IMG/VR virus record: IMGVR_UViG_2519899780_000005
From: a virus
Taxonomy: Duplodnaviria; Heunggongvirae; Uroviricota; Caudoviricetes
Direction: 5' to 3' (one strand)
Length of the DNA stretch: 47,693 nt
In this document: positions 1 through 11,152 of the stretch, piece after piece
Layout: every line of letters begins with the position of its first letter
Numbering within the stretch: position 1 is the stretch's first letter
The notes under the pieces: generated by a model
Told to the model about the DNA's origin: nothing
What the model saw: the letters and a program-made list of their open reading frames with translations, nothing else
The model's database searches: none
Position numbers and translations under genes: made by a program

Positions 1-282
1 TCAATAAATCCCATCATTGCGATCAACCTCATCCTTAACCATTGATGCGAGCAGTTCTTCCAGTTTCTGCGCTGACAGCTTTACCTGGTGATCTTCAGCA
101 TCTTCCCGGGCTATTGTGGTTCGCGCAGTGGCTGATTTTGCTGACATCACCACAGGGGGCAGACGGACCATTGAACCATGGCCTCCGGAACAAATAAGGG
201 CAAAAATAACAACCACTATCGAAAGCTCACAAACTAACCGCAGCACGTTCCTGCATACGACGTGTCTGCGGCATAATCCCAA
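1..282 (-). CDS. Hypothetical small protein; a more likely start is the internal ATG near 147 (48 aa, MSAKSATARTT...)
   Basis: Complete ORF with stop at positions 1-3; weak ribosome-binding site; no recognisable family. Confidence 0.2.
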   Translation of the reverse strand: MGLCRRHVVCRNVLRLVCELSIVVVIFALICSGGHGSMVRLPPVVMSAKSATARTTIAREDAEDHQVKLSAQKLEELLASMVKDEVDRNDGIY

Positions 283-450
283 TGATTACTCCCTGACAGG
301 ATTTGCAGGCCACTCAATATCAGGTACAGTTGATGTATCAACACGATTCAACAATACCCGATATTTATTCCATGCCTCCAGCAACGATCTTTCTTCCTCC
401 GTTGCGATTTCCAGATCTACAGCATCCTGCAGTGGCGCAATATACTCACT
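236..450. repeat. Direct repeat copy A (~215 bp, ~88% identical to 1286..1500), covering the tfa 3' end and a downstream inverted repeat
   Basis: By-eye alignment of 236-450 with 1286-1500; the two copies bracket the methyltransferase gene. Confidence 0.7.
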
Positions 451-555
451 GAATTCCTGGATGTAGAACTGTGTGGTGACGGTCTTCCAGCCATTCGGCT
501 CCTGCTGTATCGAAGCATACCAGGCTATTTCAATATCGCTATGCTGCAGCAGCAT
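286..555 (-). CDS. Tail fibre assembly protein C-terminal domain, short chimeric ORF (89 aa)
   Basis: C-terminal ~55 aa nearly identical to the full tfa at 1335..1919 (…[39 protein letters not shown]); ATG preceded by AAGGGG. Confidence 0.55.
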   Translation of the reverse strand: MLLQHSDIEIAWYASIQQEPNGWKTVTTQFYIQEFSEYIAPLQDAVDLEIATEEERSLLEAWNKYRVLLNRVDTSTVPDIEWPANPVRE

Positions 556-582
556 TTAACCCCTTGTAATTCATCGCCATAA

Positions 583-611
583 TTGATTTAATTCACAAAT
601 AAAACTATAAC
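583..611 (+). promoter_or_regulatory. Putative sigma70 promoter for the methyltransferase moron (TTGATT, 17 bp spacer, TATAAC)
   Basis: Near-consensus -35/-10 hexamers with 17-bp spacer immediately upstream of the ORF. Confidence 0.4.
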
Positions 612-1280
612 ATGGTGAAATCAATGAAAAAAAACACAGATGATGGGGCTAAAATTTACACACCACTTACCCTAAAGCTTTATGACTGGTGGGTTTTGGG
701 AGTATCAAATCGGCTTGCATGGGGATGTCCTACAAAGGAACACCTTCTTCCACACTTTCTGGAACATGTAGGTAACAACCATCTGGATATTGGTGTTGGA
801 ACTGGGTTTTACCTTACTCACGTACCTGAGAGTAGTCTGATATCTTTAATGGATTTGAACGAAGCTAGCCTGAACGCGGCATCTACAAGGGCTGGGGAAT
901 CAAAAATTAAACATAAAATTAGCCATGATGTTTTTGAACCTTATCCCGCGGCGTTACATGGTCAATTTGATTCCATTTCCATGTTTTACCTTCTTCACTG
1001 CCTGCCTGGAAATATATCTACAAAAAGCTGTGTAATACGCAATGCGGCGCAGGCCTTAACTGACGATGGAACTCTATACGGAGCCACAATTCTTGGCGAT
1101 GGAGTTGTGCACAATAGCTTCGGTCAAAAACTGATGCGCATTTACAATCAGAAAGGCATCTTTTCAAACACAAAAGATTCCGAAGAAGGCTTAACACATA
1201 TACTCTCAGAGCATTTCGAGAATGTTAAAACCAAGGTTCAAGGTACTGTAGTAATGTTTTCCGCTTCAGGGAAAAAATAG
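612..1280 (+). CDS. Class I SAM-dependent methyltransferase (moron); translation may begin at the ATG near 624
   Basis: Glycine-rich SAM-binding motif I (HLDIGVGTGFY) in the 222-aa ORF; opposite strand to the tail genes; own promoter. Confidence 0.75.
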   Translation: MVKSMKKNTDDGAKIYTPLTLKLYDWWVLGVSNRLAWGCPTKEHLLPHFLEHVGNNHLDIGVGTGFYLTHVPESSLISLMDLNEASLNAASTRAGESKIKHKISHDVFEPYPAALHGQFDSISMFYLLHCLPGNISTKSCVIRNAAQALTDDGTLYGATILGDGVVHNSFGQKLMRIYNQKGIFSNTKDSEEGLTHILSEHFENVKTKVQGTVVMFSASGKK

Positions 1281-1285
1281 CATCC

Positions 1286-1500
1286 AACCGCAGCACGTTC
1301 TTGCTTAAGACGTGCTGCGGCATAATCCCAATGATTACTCCCTGACAGGATTTGCAGGCCACTCAATATCAGGTGCAGTTGATGTATCAACACGGTTCAG
1401 CAACACCCGATACTTTTTCCAGGCTTCCAGCAATGAGGTTTCTTCCTCCGTTGCAATTTCCAGATCTGCAGCATCCTGAAGCGGCGCAATATGCTCACTG
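1286..1500. repeat. Direct repeat copy B (partner of 236..450)
   Basis: See copy A; includes perfect 11-bp inverted repeat ccgcagcacgt...acgtgctgcgg at ~1286-1318. Confidence 0.7.
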
Positions 1501-1919
1501 GCTACCTGCATCAGGTTGTTTTTTGTTTCTTCCGCCTCCCGGATCCGGAACAGTTTTTCTGCTTCCGTATCCTTCACCCAGGCTGTGCCGTTCCACTTCT
1601 GAAACTCCCCTTCCGGCGATAACCAGGTAACATTTTCCGGTAACGGACCGAGTTCAGAAATAAATAACTCGTCCCCTGACGCTACGTCATAAACCGTTTT
1701 ACCCCGATGGTCTTCAACGAGATGCCACGATGCCTCATCACTGTTGAAAACAGCCACAAAGCCAGCAGGAATATCTGGTGGTGCAATATCGGTACTGTTT
1801 GCTGGCAGACCTGTATGAGGCGGAATATATGCGTCACCTTCACCAATAAATTCATTAGTTCCGGCCAGCAGATTATAAATTTTTATGGTCCGTGCTTGTT
1901 CACTCATTCTGAATGCCAT
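1335..1919 (-). CDS. tfa: Tail fibre assembly protein
   Basis: 194-aa ORF immediately downstream of the side tail fibre gene; recalled similarity to lambda Tfa. Confidence 0.85.
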   Translation of the reverse strand: MAFRMSEQARTIKIYNLLAGTNEFIGEGDAYIPPHTGLPANSTDIAPPDIPAGFVAVFNSDEASWHLVEDHRGKTVYDVASGDELFISELGPLPENVTWLSPEGEFQKWNGTAWVKDTEAEKLFRIREAEETKNNLMQVASEHIAPLQDAADLEIATEEETSLLEAWKKYRVLLNRVDTSTAPDIEWPANPVRE

Positions 1920-4900
1920 TATGCAAGCCTCACAATATAGTTAAATGCGATGTTTTTGACGGTGTTTTCCGCGTTACCAGCAGCGTTAACGGTGATGGTG
2001 TGTCCATGTGAACCAATCGCAACGGAGTGCGTATGCGCACCAATACCTACAGTATGTGCATGTGCGCCAGAACTTGCTGCAGTACCAGACAGCGAGTGGG
2101 TATGAGCACCTGCTGACTGTGTCTGAATACGTTGATAATACGATCTATAGGAAGAAGTCTCCGGGCTTACTTGATACTGTGAATCATGGACATAAGTGAA
2201 CCCACCGCCATCATAAAATGCTAACGCAGAACCGCCGCCTCCTGGCCAACGAATACCATTACCATGAGTATGATCACCGGCAGACCCCGTAGAGCCACTC
2301 AGACTGTGCGTATGCGCCCCGGTGTTATTCGTGGATTTAGTGCCGTAATCAAACGACGATGTGGTTTTCGTCCCCAAATCCGTACTGGATGCGCTGGCGC
2401 TGTGGGTGTGCGATTTAATGCCGTCCTGTTCCTGAGACAATACGGCTCGATCACTGGCGGGCTTGCCCTTAATCGTCCAGCCACGCATATCAGGAATAAC
2501 GCCTGACGGATAAGCCACTGCAAGTTTCGGGTAAGCAGATTTGTCAAAAGTCTGCCCCTGCATCAGGGCATAACCAGACGGAACGGTATCTGATGGCCAC
2601 GGGATTGGTGCGCCAACTGGGTAGCTTTCTGGTGGAAGATTTTTCGAGGTATAAACTTCTGCCCAGTCTTCCTCAAAACCATAACCGTCTCTTGAAGAAC
2701 GGTAGAACAGACCACGATTTCTGTAATGCGCCTTCATCTGCAGGGTCCGGCAACTTCCGACTCCGGTATAGAAGTTAACCAGAATATAGCTGTCGCCAGA
2801 GCGGGTGACATTGTAAGCGCCTGATTCGGCATTCCAGGGAACGGCTCCATCCGAATCCGCATAAGCCCCCGTCGAACGTCGGGCAAATGCACCAATATTT
2901 TCCGGCGTGAGGTTAATATCCGCCGAGCCATCAAACTTAACACCGTTAATTTTTGGGTCTGCCGCAAGTTTCGTCGCGGTATCGGCGTTCCCCTTCAGTG
3001 CCCCGGTGATCCCATCAGTAACAGACAACGGACCTGAAATAGTCCCTCCAGTTGTTGGCAGCGCTCCAATATCTGATGGTGTAGGTTTCTGATGTGAGCT
3101 ATACATCGTATAAACAACACCATCGGTAACGCTGGAAGGCTTACTCGCTGAATATGTTAGCGAGGTATAAATAGAAACTGACGCATTTGTAGTACAATCC
3201 CAATGGATATTTACACTCGTCGCATAATTGCCAATCTCAACGTAAATATCATATATATCGCCGGATGTGTTGATCCAGGCGAAATTCGTTAATCCGACGG
3301 CTGTACGCTTCCACAAAGCTCCGGTAACCCCTTTGGGGTTTCCATTGCCTGCTCGTAGAACCAGTTCAGATATACCTGCCTGTTGAGGTGCCCCCACGTT
3401 AAATCCAGCGCCACCAATCAATGCGATGTAAACGATGGAACTCGCTTGTGGCATGGTAACCGTTGCCAGTTTGAACCACCCTGCCCCGCCAGAGAAAGAG
3501 ATCGTTACTGAATTTAAAGTGCCAATATCTTTCGGTGTTAATGTTATATCCGCAGTCAGTGCTTTCCCGTTAACTTTTCGGTTAGATGGTACCCTGCCAT
3601 TCGCATTGTCATTCGCTGCTTTAACTGCCTTCGGTGTCGCGGCAAGCGTTTCAGATGTGCTGTTGGTCGCACTGCTGAGCTGTACTATCCCCTTTTTCGT
3701 CGTACTTGCATCCTCAAGCGCCACGGCGGATGCAATATCCTCTGCCCGTTTTGCCGCTGTCTCGGCGCGCGTTGCCGCGGATTCCGCCGTACTTTTGCTC
3801 TGTGCTGCCGCCGTCGCACTGCCAGCAGCCTCTGTTGCCTTCGTGGATGCCGTCGCGGCGCTGCCCTTCGCTGCTGACGCCTGTCTGGTCGCCTCATCTT
3901 TTGAAGCAGACGCAGATGATGCCGATGACGCCGCCGAACTGGCGGACGATGCGGCAGCCGTTTTTGAGGATTCTGCGCTGGTTTCCGACGCTTTCGCGTT
4001 CGTCTCGGATGTCTTCGCTGCGGAAGCAGACCTTGCTGCTGCACTGGCCTGTTCAGTGGCTTTGCCAGCCTTCGTTGTGGCTGTTGAAGCGGATGATGCG
4101 GCGCTTTCTGCCGATTTTCCGGCGGCGGTGGCACTGGCTGAGGCCTGCCCGGCACTTGTTGACGCGGCACTGGCAGATGATGCAGCCGCTGTTTTTGAGC
4201 CTGCCGCAGCTGAGGCACTCTGTCCCGCTGCCGTTTCAGAAGACCTGGCGTTCGTCTCGGACGTCTTTGCCGCCTTCGCGGAATTTCCTGCCGCCGTTGC
4301 CGAGGAAGCTGCACTACTGGCACTTGATGATGCATTCGTTTCTGAAGATTTCGCTGCCTCTTTTGAGGCCGCCGCACCCCGTGCCGAGGTGGCAGCTTCT
4401 GACGCCTTCGTGGTCGCTGTGGATGCAGAAGTGGCTGCCGATTTTTGTGATGCTGCGGCATTCGTTTCTGACGTTTTCGCGGCACTGGCGCTGGTAGCTG
4501 CCGCGCTTTTTGATGACTCTGCAGCAGCAGCACTTTTTGCTGCTTCACGGGCCTTTGTCGATGCCGTTCCTGCGCTGGAAGACGCTGACTGAGCCGACGA
4601 CGCGGCCTGTCCGGCTGACGTGCTGGCGGCACGTGCTGAGGCTGCAGCATCGGTTGCATGAGTTGCCGCCTCGCTGGCTGATGCACTGGCATCGCTGGCT
4701 GATTTTTTCGCGGCTGCCGTATTCTGTGCAACCGCGGAGGCGTTACGTGACACCTCTTCCACCATCTGCTCAAAGCGGCGCAGTGCCTCCGGTCGGACAT
4801 CATCCTCCGTCATGGCACCGAGAAAATCATTCAGCGTACCTGGTCTGGAACCTTCATAGACGGTAATGGTCCCGGCATGTGAAGGCGGAAAACCTTCAAC

Positions 4901-5089
4901 CAGCAGGGTGACGCTGTACTGACCATGCTCAACATCCATGCTGTAACGTCCGGCTTCATCCGGATTTTCAGAGGCCACCGTGTTCACCACCACCGTGCTG
5001 CTGGTTCGTCTGGCCTTCAGCACAATGGTGCAGTTCTGTACTGGTTTTCCTGTGCCATCTTTAAGCACGCCAGAAATTTTTACTGTCAT
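1919..5089 (-). CDS. stf: Side tail fibre protein with long Ala/Ser/Thr-rich repeat region
   Basis: N-terminus [26 protein letters not shown]... matches recalled lambda Stf N-terminus; position after lom; C-terminal His/Gly-rich fibre tip. Confidence 0.9.
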   Translation of the reverse strand: MTVKISGVLKDGTGKPVQNCTIVLKARRTSSTVVVNTVASENPDEAGRYSMDVEHGQYSVTLLVEGFPPSHAGTITVYEGSRPGTLNDFLGAMTEDDVRPEALRRFEQMVEEVSRNASAVAQNTAAAKKSASDASASASEAATHATDAAASARAASTSAGQAASSAQSASSSAGTASTKAREAAKSAAAAESSKSAAATSASAAKTSETNAAASQKSAATSASTATTKASEAATSARGAAASKEAAKSSETNASSSASSAASSATAAGNSAKAAKTSETNARSSETAAGQSASAAAGSKTAAASSASAASTSAGQASASATAAGKSAESAASSASTATTKAGKATEQASAAARSASAAKTSETNAKASETSAESSKTAAASSASSAASSASSASASKDEATRQASAAKGSAATASTKATEAAGSATAAAQSKSTAESAATRAETAAKRAEDIASAVALEDASTTKKGIVQLSSATNSTSETLAATPKAVKAANDNANGRVPSNRKVNGKALTADITLTPKDIGTLNSVTISFSGGAGWFKLATVTMPQASSIVYIALIGGAGFNVGAPQQAGISELVLRAGNGNPKGVTGALWKRTAVGLTNFAWINTSGDIYDIYVEIGNYATSVNIHWDCTTNASVSIYTSLTYSASKPSSVTDGVVYTMYSSHQKPTPSDIGALPTTGGTISGPLSVTDGITGALKGNADTATKLAADPKINGVKFDGSADINLTPENIGAFARRSTGAYADSDGAVPWNAESGAYNVTRSGDSYILVNFYTGVGSCRTLQMKAHYRNRGLFYRSSRDGYGFEEDWAEVYTSKNLPPESYPVGAPIPWPSDTVPSGYALMQGQTFDKSAYPKLAVAYPSGVIPDMRGWTIKGKPASDRAVLSQEQDGIKSHTHSASASSTDLGTKTTSSFDYGTKSTNNTGAHTHSLSGSTGSAGDHTHGNGIRWPGGGGSALAFYDGGGFTYVHDSQYQVSPETSSYRSYYQRIQTQSAGAHTHSLSGTAASSGAHAHTVGIGAHTHSVAIGSHGHTITVNAAGNAENTVKNIAFNYIVRLA
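3650..4700 (-). repeat. Coding tandem repeats (Ala/Ser/Thr-rich KTSETNA...SASAA units) inside stf
   Basis: Reiterated peptide motifs in the translation; these generate the spurious overlapping ORFs on both strands. Confidence 0.6.
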
Positions 5090-5100
5090 ACTTTTCCACC

Positions 5101-5137
5101 AATAAAAAAAGCCCGCAGCAGTGACGCCACGGGCTTC
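5101..5137 (-). terminator. Putative rho-independent terminator downstream of lom
   Basis: Minus-strand GC stem (gcccg...cgggc) followed by a T-run (plus strand: aaaaaaagcccgcagcagtgacgccacgggc). Confidence 0.4.
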
Positions 5138-5240
5138 AGGACAGTGTAACTTTACGTTTCCTCAAACGCAGTTCACCCCATAAAGTGGATGAACCTGCGT
5201 ATCATAACAATATTTACAGAAGATAAATCGGCGTCTGTTG

Positions 5241-5840
5241 TCAGAAACGGTATCCGATACCAACAATAAATGCATCCGATCGCCAGTCGCCACTACCGGA
5301 ACCTTCATAAGCAAGGTCAATGGTCACGGATTCGGTCGGGTTAAACTGCACGCCAGCCCCCCACGCCAGAGACGTGTTGCTGTGGCGACCGTCATCACTT
5401 CCGGTCAGCACATCGTGCGTTTTCCCCTTGTTGTCAGTTACGCGGAGATAATCCCCGGAGAAAGTCGACACACGGCTGTAAGCCACACCCGCCATCGAAT
5501 ACGCGCTGAACCATTCATTCACGCGTACAGACGGCCCCGCCATCACGCTGAACCAGCGGTTACGCACGGAATCTTCATGCCAGCGGGTATCGCTGTAGCG
5601 CGTTTTTTGCTCATCCTCAGCATTGGCATAACTGAAGGACGTAATCAGCCCCAGCGCGTCCGTAAACTCATAACGGTATTTCACGTTAATCCCGTTCAGA
5701 TCATCACTACCGGGAACGTTCGTCGAGGCATGGAGATACCCCGCGCTCAGCGTGGACTGATGTTCTGCTGCACTCGCTGGCGTAGCAGCGGCGACCTGCC
5801 AGACTACTGCGGACAAAATAACAGCACATAATTTACGCAT
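5241..5840 (-). CDS. lom: Lom-like outer membrane protein (Ail/Lom/OmpX/PagC family)
   Basis: 199 aa with signal peptide; beta-barrel-like alternating pattern ending GYRF; lambda lom position after J. Confidence 0.9.
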   Translation of the reverse strand: MRKLCAVILSAVVWQVAAATPASAAEHQSTLSAGYLHASTNVPGSDDLNGINVKYRYEFTDALGLITSFSYANAEDEQKTRYSDTRWHEDSVRNRWFSVMAGPSVRVNEWFSAYSMAGVAYSRVSTFSGDYLRVTDNKGKTHDVLTGSDDGRHSNTSLAWGAGVQFNPTESVTIDLAYEGSGSGDWRSDAFIVGIGYRF

Positions 5841-5865
5841 AATTACCTCTCGCTTTTCTGCAATA

Positions 5866-5893
5866 AAAAAGGCGCCATTTCTGGCGCCCGTAT
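5866..5893 (-). terminator. Putative rho-independent terminator after J
   Basis: Hairpin ggcgccagaaatggcgcc followed by a T-run on the minus strand. Confidence 0.45.
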
Positions 5894-5907
5894 CTGGGTT
5901 ATAAAAT

Positions 5908-8900
5908 TCAGCTAATCGTGATGCCTGCAGTGGCTTTCTTCATCACCACAACCAGCAAATCGCTGATACTTGCTGTGGGATACCAGTTATTTACCAGCCA
6001 TGCTGACACCGAAAACTCCAGTGTCATGTGACCGTGACCGGCAGGCATATCAATAACACCACTGTAAATCAGCGTATTATCCAGCGCGGTACGGTTATAA
6101 ATTTCAGCACCGTTTTTCCGTACTATCAGGCGGCATGACGAATAAATATCGTTATTCTCCCGCTCATGTTTAGCGCCGCTGAATGCCACCGCCGGAATAA
6201 CAATCTGCCGGTCAAACGGCTGATCGTCATAAACCCTGACGGTGATGGTCCCTGATGGCCACCGTTCCGGTGCACGGGAGTCCCGGGGGAAAGCTTTGCC
6301 CACTGTTTTAACGAGATCGCCTTCAATCTGGTTGGCGGACAATTTTCCCAGAACCCGACAGTTCTCGTTAATCGTGACGTTGTTGAGCGTCCCGGAGTTC
6401 GCATTCACGTTACCGCTGATATCGGCATTTTTCGCCGTCAGCCGCCCGTCCGGTGTCAGGGAAAATGCCGGAGGATTACCGCCGCTGGTAATGGTCGGAG
6501 CCGTCAGGCGTTTCAGGAACACGTCGTTCATGAATATCTGATCGCCCTGACCAACAAACATCGGCTTTGTGTTGCCATTCGCAGGATTAATCATCGCAAT
6601 CCGGTCAGCAGCCAGAAGCACCTGACTCTGCATACCTGCTGGCGTATTCTCAATACCGGCTCCGATACCCGCAATATAAAGGCGTCCGTCCTTCATCTGC
6701 TGCAGTTTCACGGCCCACATGCTGTTCAGGTTATTATTTGTATCAACCTGAACTTTCTGTATCTGCTGGATTGCCGCACTCTGGTCTTCCAGTTTTTTAT
6801 TGACGGTCTGCGTGATTTCATTGCTGACATTCGTAATGGACGTCCTGATTTCAGCCAGGTCCGGCGCAAGCTGACCGTTATCAATCTGCGTCCACAACTC
6901 CTGGGCCAGATGTGTTTTCCCGATTTCTCCTTTGAAAAAATCCAGGTAACCTTCCGCATCATCGCTCGCCCGACCGACGGCCTCCACGAATGCCGATTTG
7001 CCAACGGTGTTCACACTGCGGATATAAAAGTAATAATCATGGCCCGGTTTGATATTGATACTGGCGGCTATCCAGTACAGCCCCGTGCCAAGGTAGCGGG
7101 CTGTGGTTTCAACCTGCCTGATATCGGTAATCCGCGTTTCCGAGAACCAGAACTCAAACTGTACCGTCGGATCATAAACCGCAAGATGCGGCGTGGCGGT
7201 TATCTGAAAATAGCCCGGCGTCAGCTCAATCCTCGACGGTGCTGCCGGTGCGGCAATCCGGAACGATACCGACGCCGGATCGCCCTGCTGCCCCCGGGCA
7301 TTTACCGCCCGGACTGTCAGCCTGTAGTTCCCCAGCGCCAGTTGCGTGAAGCGGTATGTGGTTTCCGTCGTCCGGGCCGTGCTGACCAGTCGCTCACTGC
7401 CGTCGTCCGCTGTTACGGTCAGACGGAGCAGGAAGCTCACGCCCTTCACCACCTTCGGTGTGTCCCATCGCGCCAGCACCTGATATTCCCCGCTGTCTGC
7501 AGTGACTTCGGCGGTCAGGTGCTGCACTGCTGGCGGCGTGACACCATTCACCGTGCCGCTCTGGTCACCGTCAAAGTGCGCCCCGTTATCCACGATGGCT
7601 TCTTTCTCCGGTACATGCTGCACGGCGGTGATGGCATACGTGCCGTCATCGTTCTCACGGATACTCACGCAGCGGAACAGGCGCTGGCGCAGCGTCGGCA
7701 GCTTCAGCCCCCACACGCTGTATTCTGCAACGCCGTCAGGAACACGGCTCACTTTCACCTTCACGCCGTCGGTGACGGACTGGACCTCCACGCTGACCGG
7801 ATTACCCTGACCGTCAACCAGGCTTATCAGCGTGGTACCGGAGGATGGCAGCGTGATTTCACGGTCGAGCGTCAGCGTCCGGGTCTGGCTGTTCACCGCC
7901 AGCACGCGCCCGCCGGTGCTGATACCGGCATAGTCATCATCGCAGATTTCAATGACATCGCCCGGTACATGGCGAAGCCCTTCGGCACCCACGCTGAAGT
8001 CCACGGTCTGCGTTTCCAGCAGTTCTGTTTTAATCAGCCACAGCCCGGCGCGGTGTGCCTGCCCCCGGCTGGTACAGCCAAAAGCATCCATCTTCGTGAC
8101 GTTACGACCGTAACGGGCAATGGCCTGCGTGTCCTCCACAAGCTCTGTCGCCGTCTCCCAGCCGTTATTCGGGTCAATCCAGTTCACCTCAACGGCATTA
8201 TGGCGGTCCTTCAGGGCGCTGAAGCTGTAGCGGAACGGCGCGCCATCATCCGGCATCACCACATTACTGCGGTTATAGGTCCACACCTTATCCGACGGTC
8301 GGTCCTGCACGAACGTCAGCGTCTGCCCGTTCCATACCGGCATACAGCGCATCGCCGAGCAGAAATCACTGAGAACATCCCACGCCTTGCGCTGTGTGGT
8401 CAGGTAGGCATTACAGGTGATGCGCGGCTCCGTGCCACCAAAGCCATCCGGCACCGACTGGTCGCAATTCTGGCCGATGACATACAGCGCCCATTTGTCC
8501 ACATCCGCCGCACCGAGACGCTTCCCCATGCCGTAGCGCGGATGGGTCAGCATATCCCACAGACACCAGGCCATGTTGTTGCTGTATGCTGGCTTAAACG
8601 TTCCGTCCCAGATACCGCTGTATTGCCGCGTCTGCGGGTTATAGTTCGACGGCACCTGCAGAATGCGCCCGCGAAGATGATAATTACGGCTCACCTGCTG
8701 GCTGCCGAACTGTTCCGAGTCCACCTGCACGCCGACCAGTGCCGTGTTCGGGTAGCACTGTTTCACATCGATGATTTCGGTGTATGACGACCAGAGCGTT
8801 TTGTTCTGCAGCTGGTCTGTGGTGCTGTCCGGCGTCATTCTGCGCATCCGGATATTAAACGGGCGCGGCGGCAGGTTATCCACCACCACCGAGGCCAGAT

Positions 8901-9387
8901 ACTGCGAGGTGGTTTTGCCCTTAATGGTGATGTCTTTTTCCGTCACCCAGCCACCGTTACGCTGGATCTGAACCAGCAGGCGGACTTCCGACGGATTCCT
9001 GTCCCCCTTTGAGGTGGTTTCCACCAGTGCCTGCACACCGAAGGTAAAGCGCAGACGGTCGATGTTTGCCGACGTGATGGTCCGGGTGATCGGCGTGTCA
9101 TATTTCACTTCCGTACCCAGCACCGTCTCGGAGCCGGAGGATTCAAATCCCTCCGGCGGTGTCTGCTCCTGCTCACCTGCCCGGAACACCACCGTGACAC
9201 CGGATATATTGGTATTCCCCTCACTGTCCAGCACCGGCGTACTGTTCAGCAGCACGCTTTTTAATCCGTCCACCGGACCTTCAACCGGCCCTTCGCTGAT
9301 GGCATCGATCACACTCAGCAGCTGCGTGGACTTCAGGTTGTCCCTCGCTTCGCGCGGGGTATGCCCCTTACTGCTTCCTTTACCCAT
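5908..9387 (-). CDS. J: Tail tip / host specificity protein J
   Basis: 1159-aa ORF following I; size and position match lambda J. Confidence 0.95.
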   Translation of the reverse strand: MGKGSSKGHTPREARDNLKSTQLLSVIDAISEGPVEGPVDGLKSVLLNSTPVLDSEGNTNISGVTVVFRAGEQEQTPPEGFESSGSETVLGTEVKYDTPITRTITSANIDRLRFTFGVQALVETTSKGDRNPSEVRLLVQIQRNGGWVTEKDITIKGKTTSQYLASVVVDNLPPRPFNIRMRRMTPDSTTDQLQNKTLWSSYTEIIDVKQCYPNTALVGVQVDSEQFGSQQVSRNYHLRGRILQVPSNYNPQTRQYSGIWDGTFKPAYSNNMAWCLWDMLTHPRYGMGKRLGAADVDKWALYVIGQNCDQSVPDGFGGTEPRITCNAYLTTQRKAWDVLSDFCSAMRCMPVWNGQTLTFVQDRPSDKVWTYNRSNVVMPDDGAPFRYSFSALKDRHNAVEVNWIDPNNGWETATELVEDTQAIARYGRNVTKMDAFGCTSRGQAHRAGLWLIKTELLETQTVDFSVGAEGLRHVPGDVIEICDDDYAGISTGGRVLAVNSQTRTLTLDREITLPSSGTTLISLVDGQGNPVSVEVQSVTDGVKVKVSRVPDGVAEYSVWGLKLPTLRQRLFRCVSIRENDDGTYAITAVQHVPEKEAIVDNGAHFDGDQSGTVNGVTPPAVQHLTAEVTADSGEYQVLARWDTPKVVKGVSFLLRLTVTADDGSERLVSTARTTETTYRFTQLALGNYRLTVRAVNARGQQGDPASVSFRIAAPAAPSRIELTPGYFQITATPHLAVYDPTVQFEFWFSETRITDIRQVETTARYLGTGLYWIAASINIKPGHDYYFYIRSVNTVGKSAFVEAVGRASDDAEGYLDFFKGEIGKTHLAQELWTQIDNGQLAPDLAEIRTSITNVSNEITQTVNKKLEDQSAAIQQIQKVQVDTNNNLNSMWAVKLQQMKDGRLYIAGIGAGIENTPAGMQSQVLLAADRIAMINPANGNTKPMFVGQGDQIFMNDVFLKRLTAPTITSGGNPPAFSLTPDGRLTAKNADISGNVNANSGTLNNVTINENCRVLGKLSANQIEGDLVKTVGKAFPRDSRAPERWPSGTITVRVYDDQPFDRQIVIPAVAFSGAKHERENNDIYSSCRLIVRKNGAEIYNRTALDNTLIYSGVIDMPAGHGHMTLEFSVSAWLVNNWYPTASISDLLVVVMKKATAGITIS

Positions 9388-9404
9388 TCCTCACACTCCA
9401 TAAA

Positions 9405-9432
9405 CAACAAAGCCGCCCAAAAGGCGGCTCAT
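9405..9432 (-). terminator. Putative rho-independent terminator downstream of the lipoprotein moron
   Basis: Hairpin gccgcc-tttt-gggcggc followed by a T-rich tract on the minus strand. Confidence 0.4.
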
Positions 9433-9453
9433 GAGTTACGACAGGATTAACTA

Positions 9454-9792
9454 TTATTTACATGCATTAACACTATCAGCAAAAATTTTTGGCGTTAATG
9501 CTGGTACACGTTCATAAAGAGTAAAACTACTGCCATTTCCTGCTTTTTTGATATCAAGCACAACATCATATCCCCCCATAGCCTGTGGAACTAAAAGGCT
9601 TACCCCATTCTCAATAGGAAGGGATGTTATAGGTGTTCCATTACCAGCCCATTGTCTGGATATGCAGCCTGACAATTCATCAATATTTTTTAATGAATTA
9701 CCTTCCATTACAGGTTTTCCGGATTTTACGTAATCCAAAGACTTACATCCTGTTAAGGCAATAATCGTGCAGAATAAAATCGTTTTGTTCAT
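9454..9792 (-). CDS. Putative lipoprotein (moron inserted between I and J)
   Basis: MNKTILFCTIIALTGC: signal peptide plus lipobox cysteine; AT-rich flanks; followed by a terminator. Confidence 0.6.
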   Translation of the reverse strand: MNKTILFCTIIALTGCKSLDYVKSGKPVMEGNSLKNIDELSGCISRQWAGNGTPITSLPIENGVSLLVPQAMGGYDVVLDIKKAGNGSSFTLYERVPALTPKIFADSVNACK

Positions 9793-9865
9793 ATAGCTAA
9801 CCAATAGAATAATTATCAGTGTTCGATATAAATATTAAATCAGTTAGAACATGAGTAAAATAATA

Positions 9866-10507
9866 TTACCGCCCAATTACCACAACCTGACCACCATCCC
9901 CTTCATCTGCCGTGCTGATCTCCTGAGATGCCACACGTGACCCCACGCGCATTTCACCGTACAGAACAGGCAGGACATTGCCCTGGGCAACCATGTTATC
10001 CAGTGAGGAGAAATAGGTGTTCTGTTTGCCGTTATCCGTTGTCTGTGTACGGGGAGTTCTGGCTTTCGGTGCCAGCATCTGCGCCACACCACCAAGCGTC
10101 ATCGCCGCACCCATTGAAAAGAGAATGTCACTGAAAGCGATACTGATCCCCGGCATCCAGATTGCCGTAGCAATCAACGCCGCACCCAGCACCGCCTGAA
10201 ACACACCGCCACTTTTTGCTCCCGCAAGACGCGGCACGATGTGGATCACGGCACCATTTGCCAGCGGCTCATTAAGACGGGATGATAATTCGGTTTCTCC
10301 TGCATCCCGCCCGGCAATCCGTACCTGATACCAGCCATCGCTCAGTTTCTGACGAAACGCCGGGAGCTGTGTGGCCAGTGCCCGGATGGCTTCAGCCCCC
10401 GTTTTCACTCGAAGGTCGATGCGGCGGCCAAATCGTTGCAAATCCCCGTAAAGGCAGATGCGTGCCATTCCCGGTGACGCCAGAGGGAGTGTGTGCGTCG
10501 CTGCCAT
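9866..10507 (-). CDS. I: Tail assembly protein I
   Basis: N-terminus MAATHTLPLASPGMARICLYGDLQRFGRRIDLRV matches recalled lambda gpI. Confidence 0.9.
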   Translation of the reverse strand: MAATHTLPLASPGMARICLYGDLQRFGRRIDLRVKTGAEAIRALATQLPAFRQKLSDGWYQVRIAGRDAGETELSSRLNEPLANGAVIHIVPRLAGAKSGGVFQAVLGAALIATAIWMPGISIAFSDILFSMGAAMTLGGVAQMLAPKARTPRTQTTDNGKQNTYFSSLDNMVAQGNVLPVLYGEMRVGSRVASQEISTADEGDGGQVVVIGR

Positions 10508-11148
10508 TTGTCGGTATACCTCTCTCGTTTACTCAGTTGTTCAGGAATATGGTGCAGCAGCTCACCGTCGCCGCAGTAAATGGCGGCGTGATTCGGCACC
10601 GATGAACCAAAACAGCACAGCAGCACATCGCCCGGCTGCGCCTCTGTCAGTGCGACACGGTAAAAACCAGTAGCCTCCATATTGTCAAGATAGAGATTCT
10701 GACCGTGACGCCACCAGTCATCCCCGCGATGAAAATCCGGCATCTCAATCCCCGCCAGATGGTAAGCATCCCGGAACAGTGTGTAACAGTCCGTCACCCC
10801 GTACTCAAAGCGCCGCCCGGTGAGATGCGGCACACAGCGGAACTTGTGAATCGCCCCCCGGCAGACCAGCCACCACGGCAAATCGCTCTGCACCTGCAGC
10901 CGCCGGTCAGCCTCACTCAGCCAGGGCAGACCACCGGGGTGGCTGTGGACCAGCGCCACAATCTCACCCTGCATCTCTGCCTGCAGCCAGTCCTCCGGAG
11001 CCATCCGGAAATACGCCTCCGGCTCACCGGAGATATTCACGCAGGGGAAATATCTTTCCCCCTCCGGCGTGCTTACCACGAAGCCGCACGACTCCGCTGG
11101 CGCACATCGCCGGGCGTGCGCCAGAATCGCTGATTCTGTCTCTGTCAT
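10405..11148 (-). CDS. K: Tail assembly protein K (JAB/MPN plus NlpC/P60-like); start taken at MTETESAIL
   Basis: HSHP metalloprotease-like motif; position between L and I; overlaps I by ~100 nt. Confidence 0.85.
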   Translation of the reverse strand: MTETESAILAHARRCAPAESCGFVVSTPEGERYFPCVNISGEPEAYFRMAPEDWLQAEMQGEIVALVHSHPGGLPWLSEADRRLQVQSDLPWWLVCRGAIHKFRCVPHLTGRRFEYGVTDCYTLFRDAYHLAGIEMPDFHRGDDWWRHGQNLYLDNMEATGFYRVALTEAQPGDVLLCCFGSSVPNHAAIYCGDGELLHHIPEQLSKRERYTDKWQRRTHSLWRHREWHASAFTGICNDLAAASTFE

Positions 11149-11152
11149 GGGA

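Noticed and set aside
3650-4700. Possible CRISPR array suggested by repetitive sequence in stf and in C (19737..20187)
   Set aside because: The repeats are coding, imperfect and lack spacer/direct-repeat periodicity; they are protein tandem repeats.
3435-4803. Large overlapping ORFs on both strands inside stf (385 aa and 263 aa plus-strand, 372 aa minus-strand)
   Set aside because: They are low-complexity translations (Ala- or Arg/Pro/Gln-rich) of the stf tandem-repeat region in alternative frames; the stf frame is the coherent one.
6910-8787. 625-aa plus-strand ORF antisense to J
   Set aside because: Lies entirely within J, whose frame matches the lambda tail-tip protein; Arg/His/Cys-rich composition typical of antisense frames.
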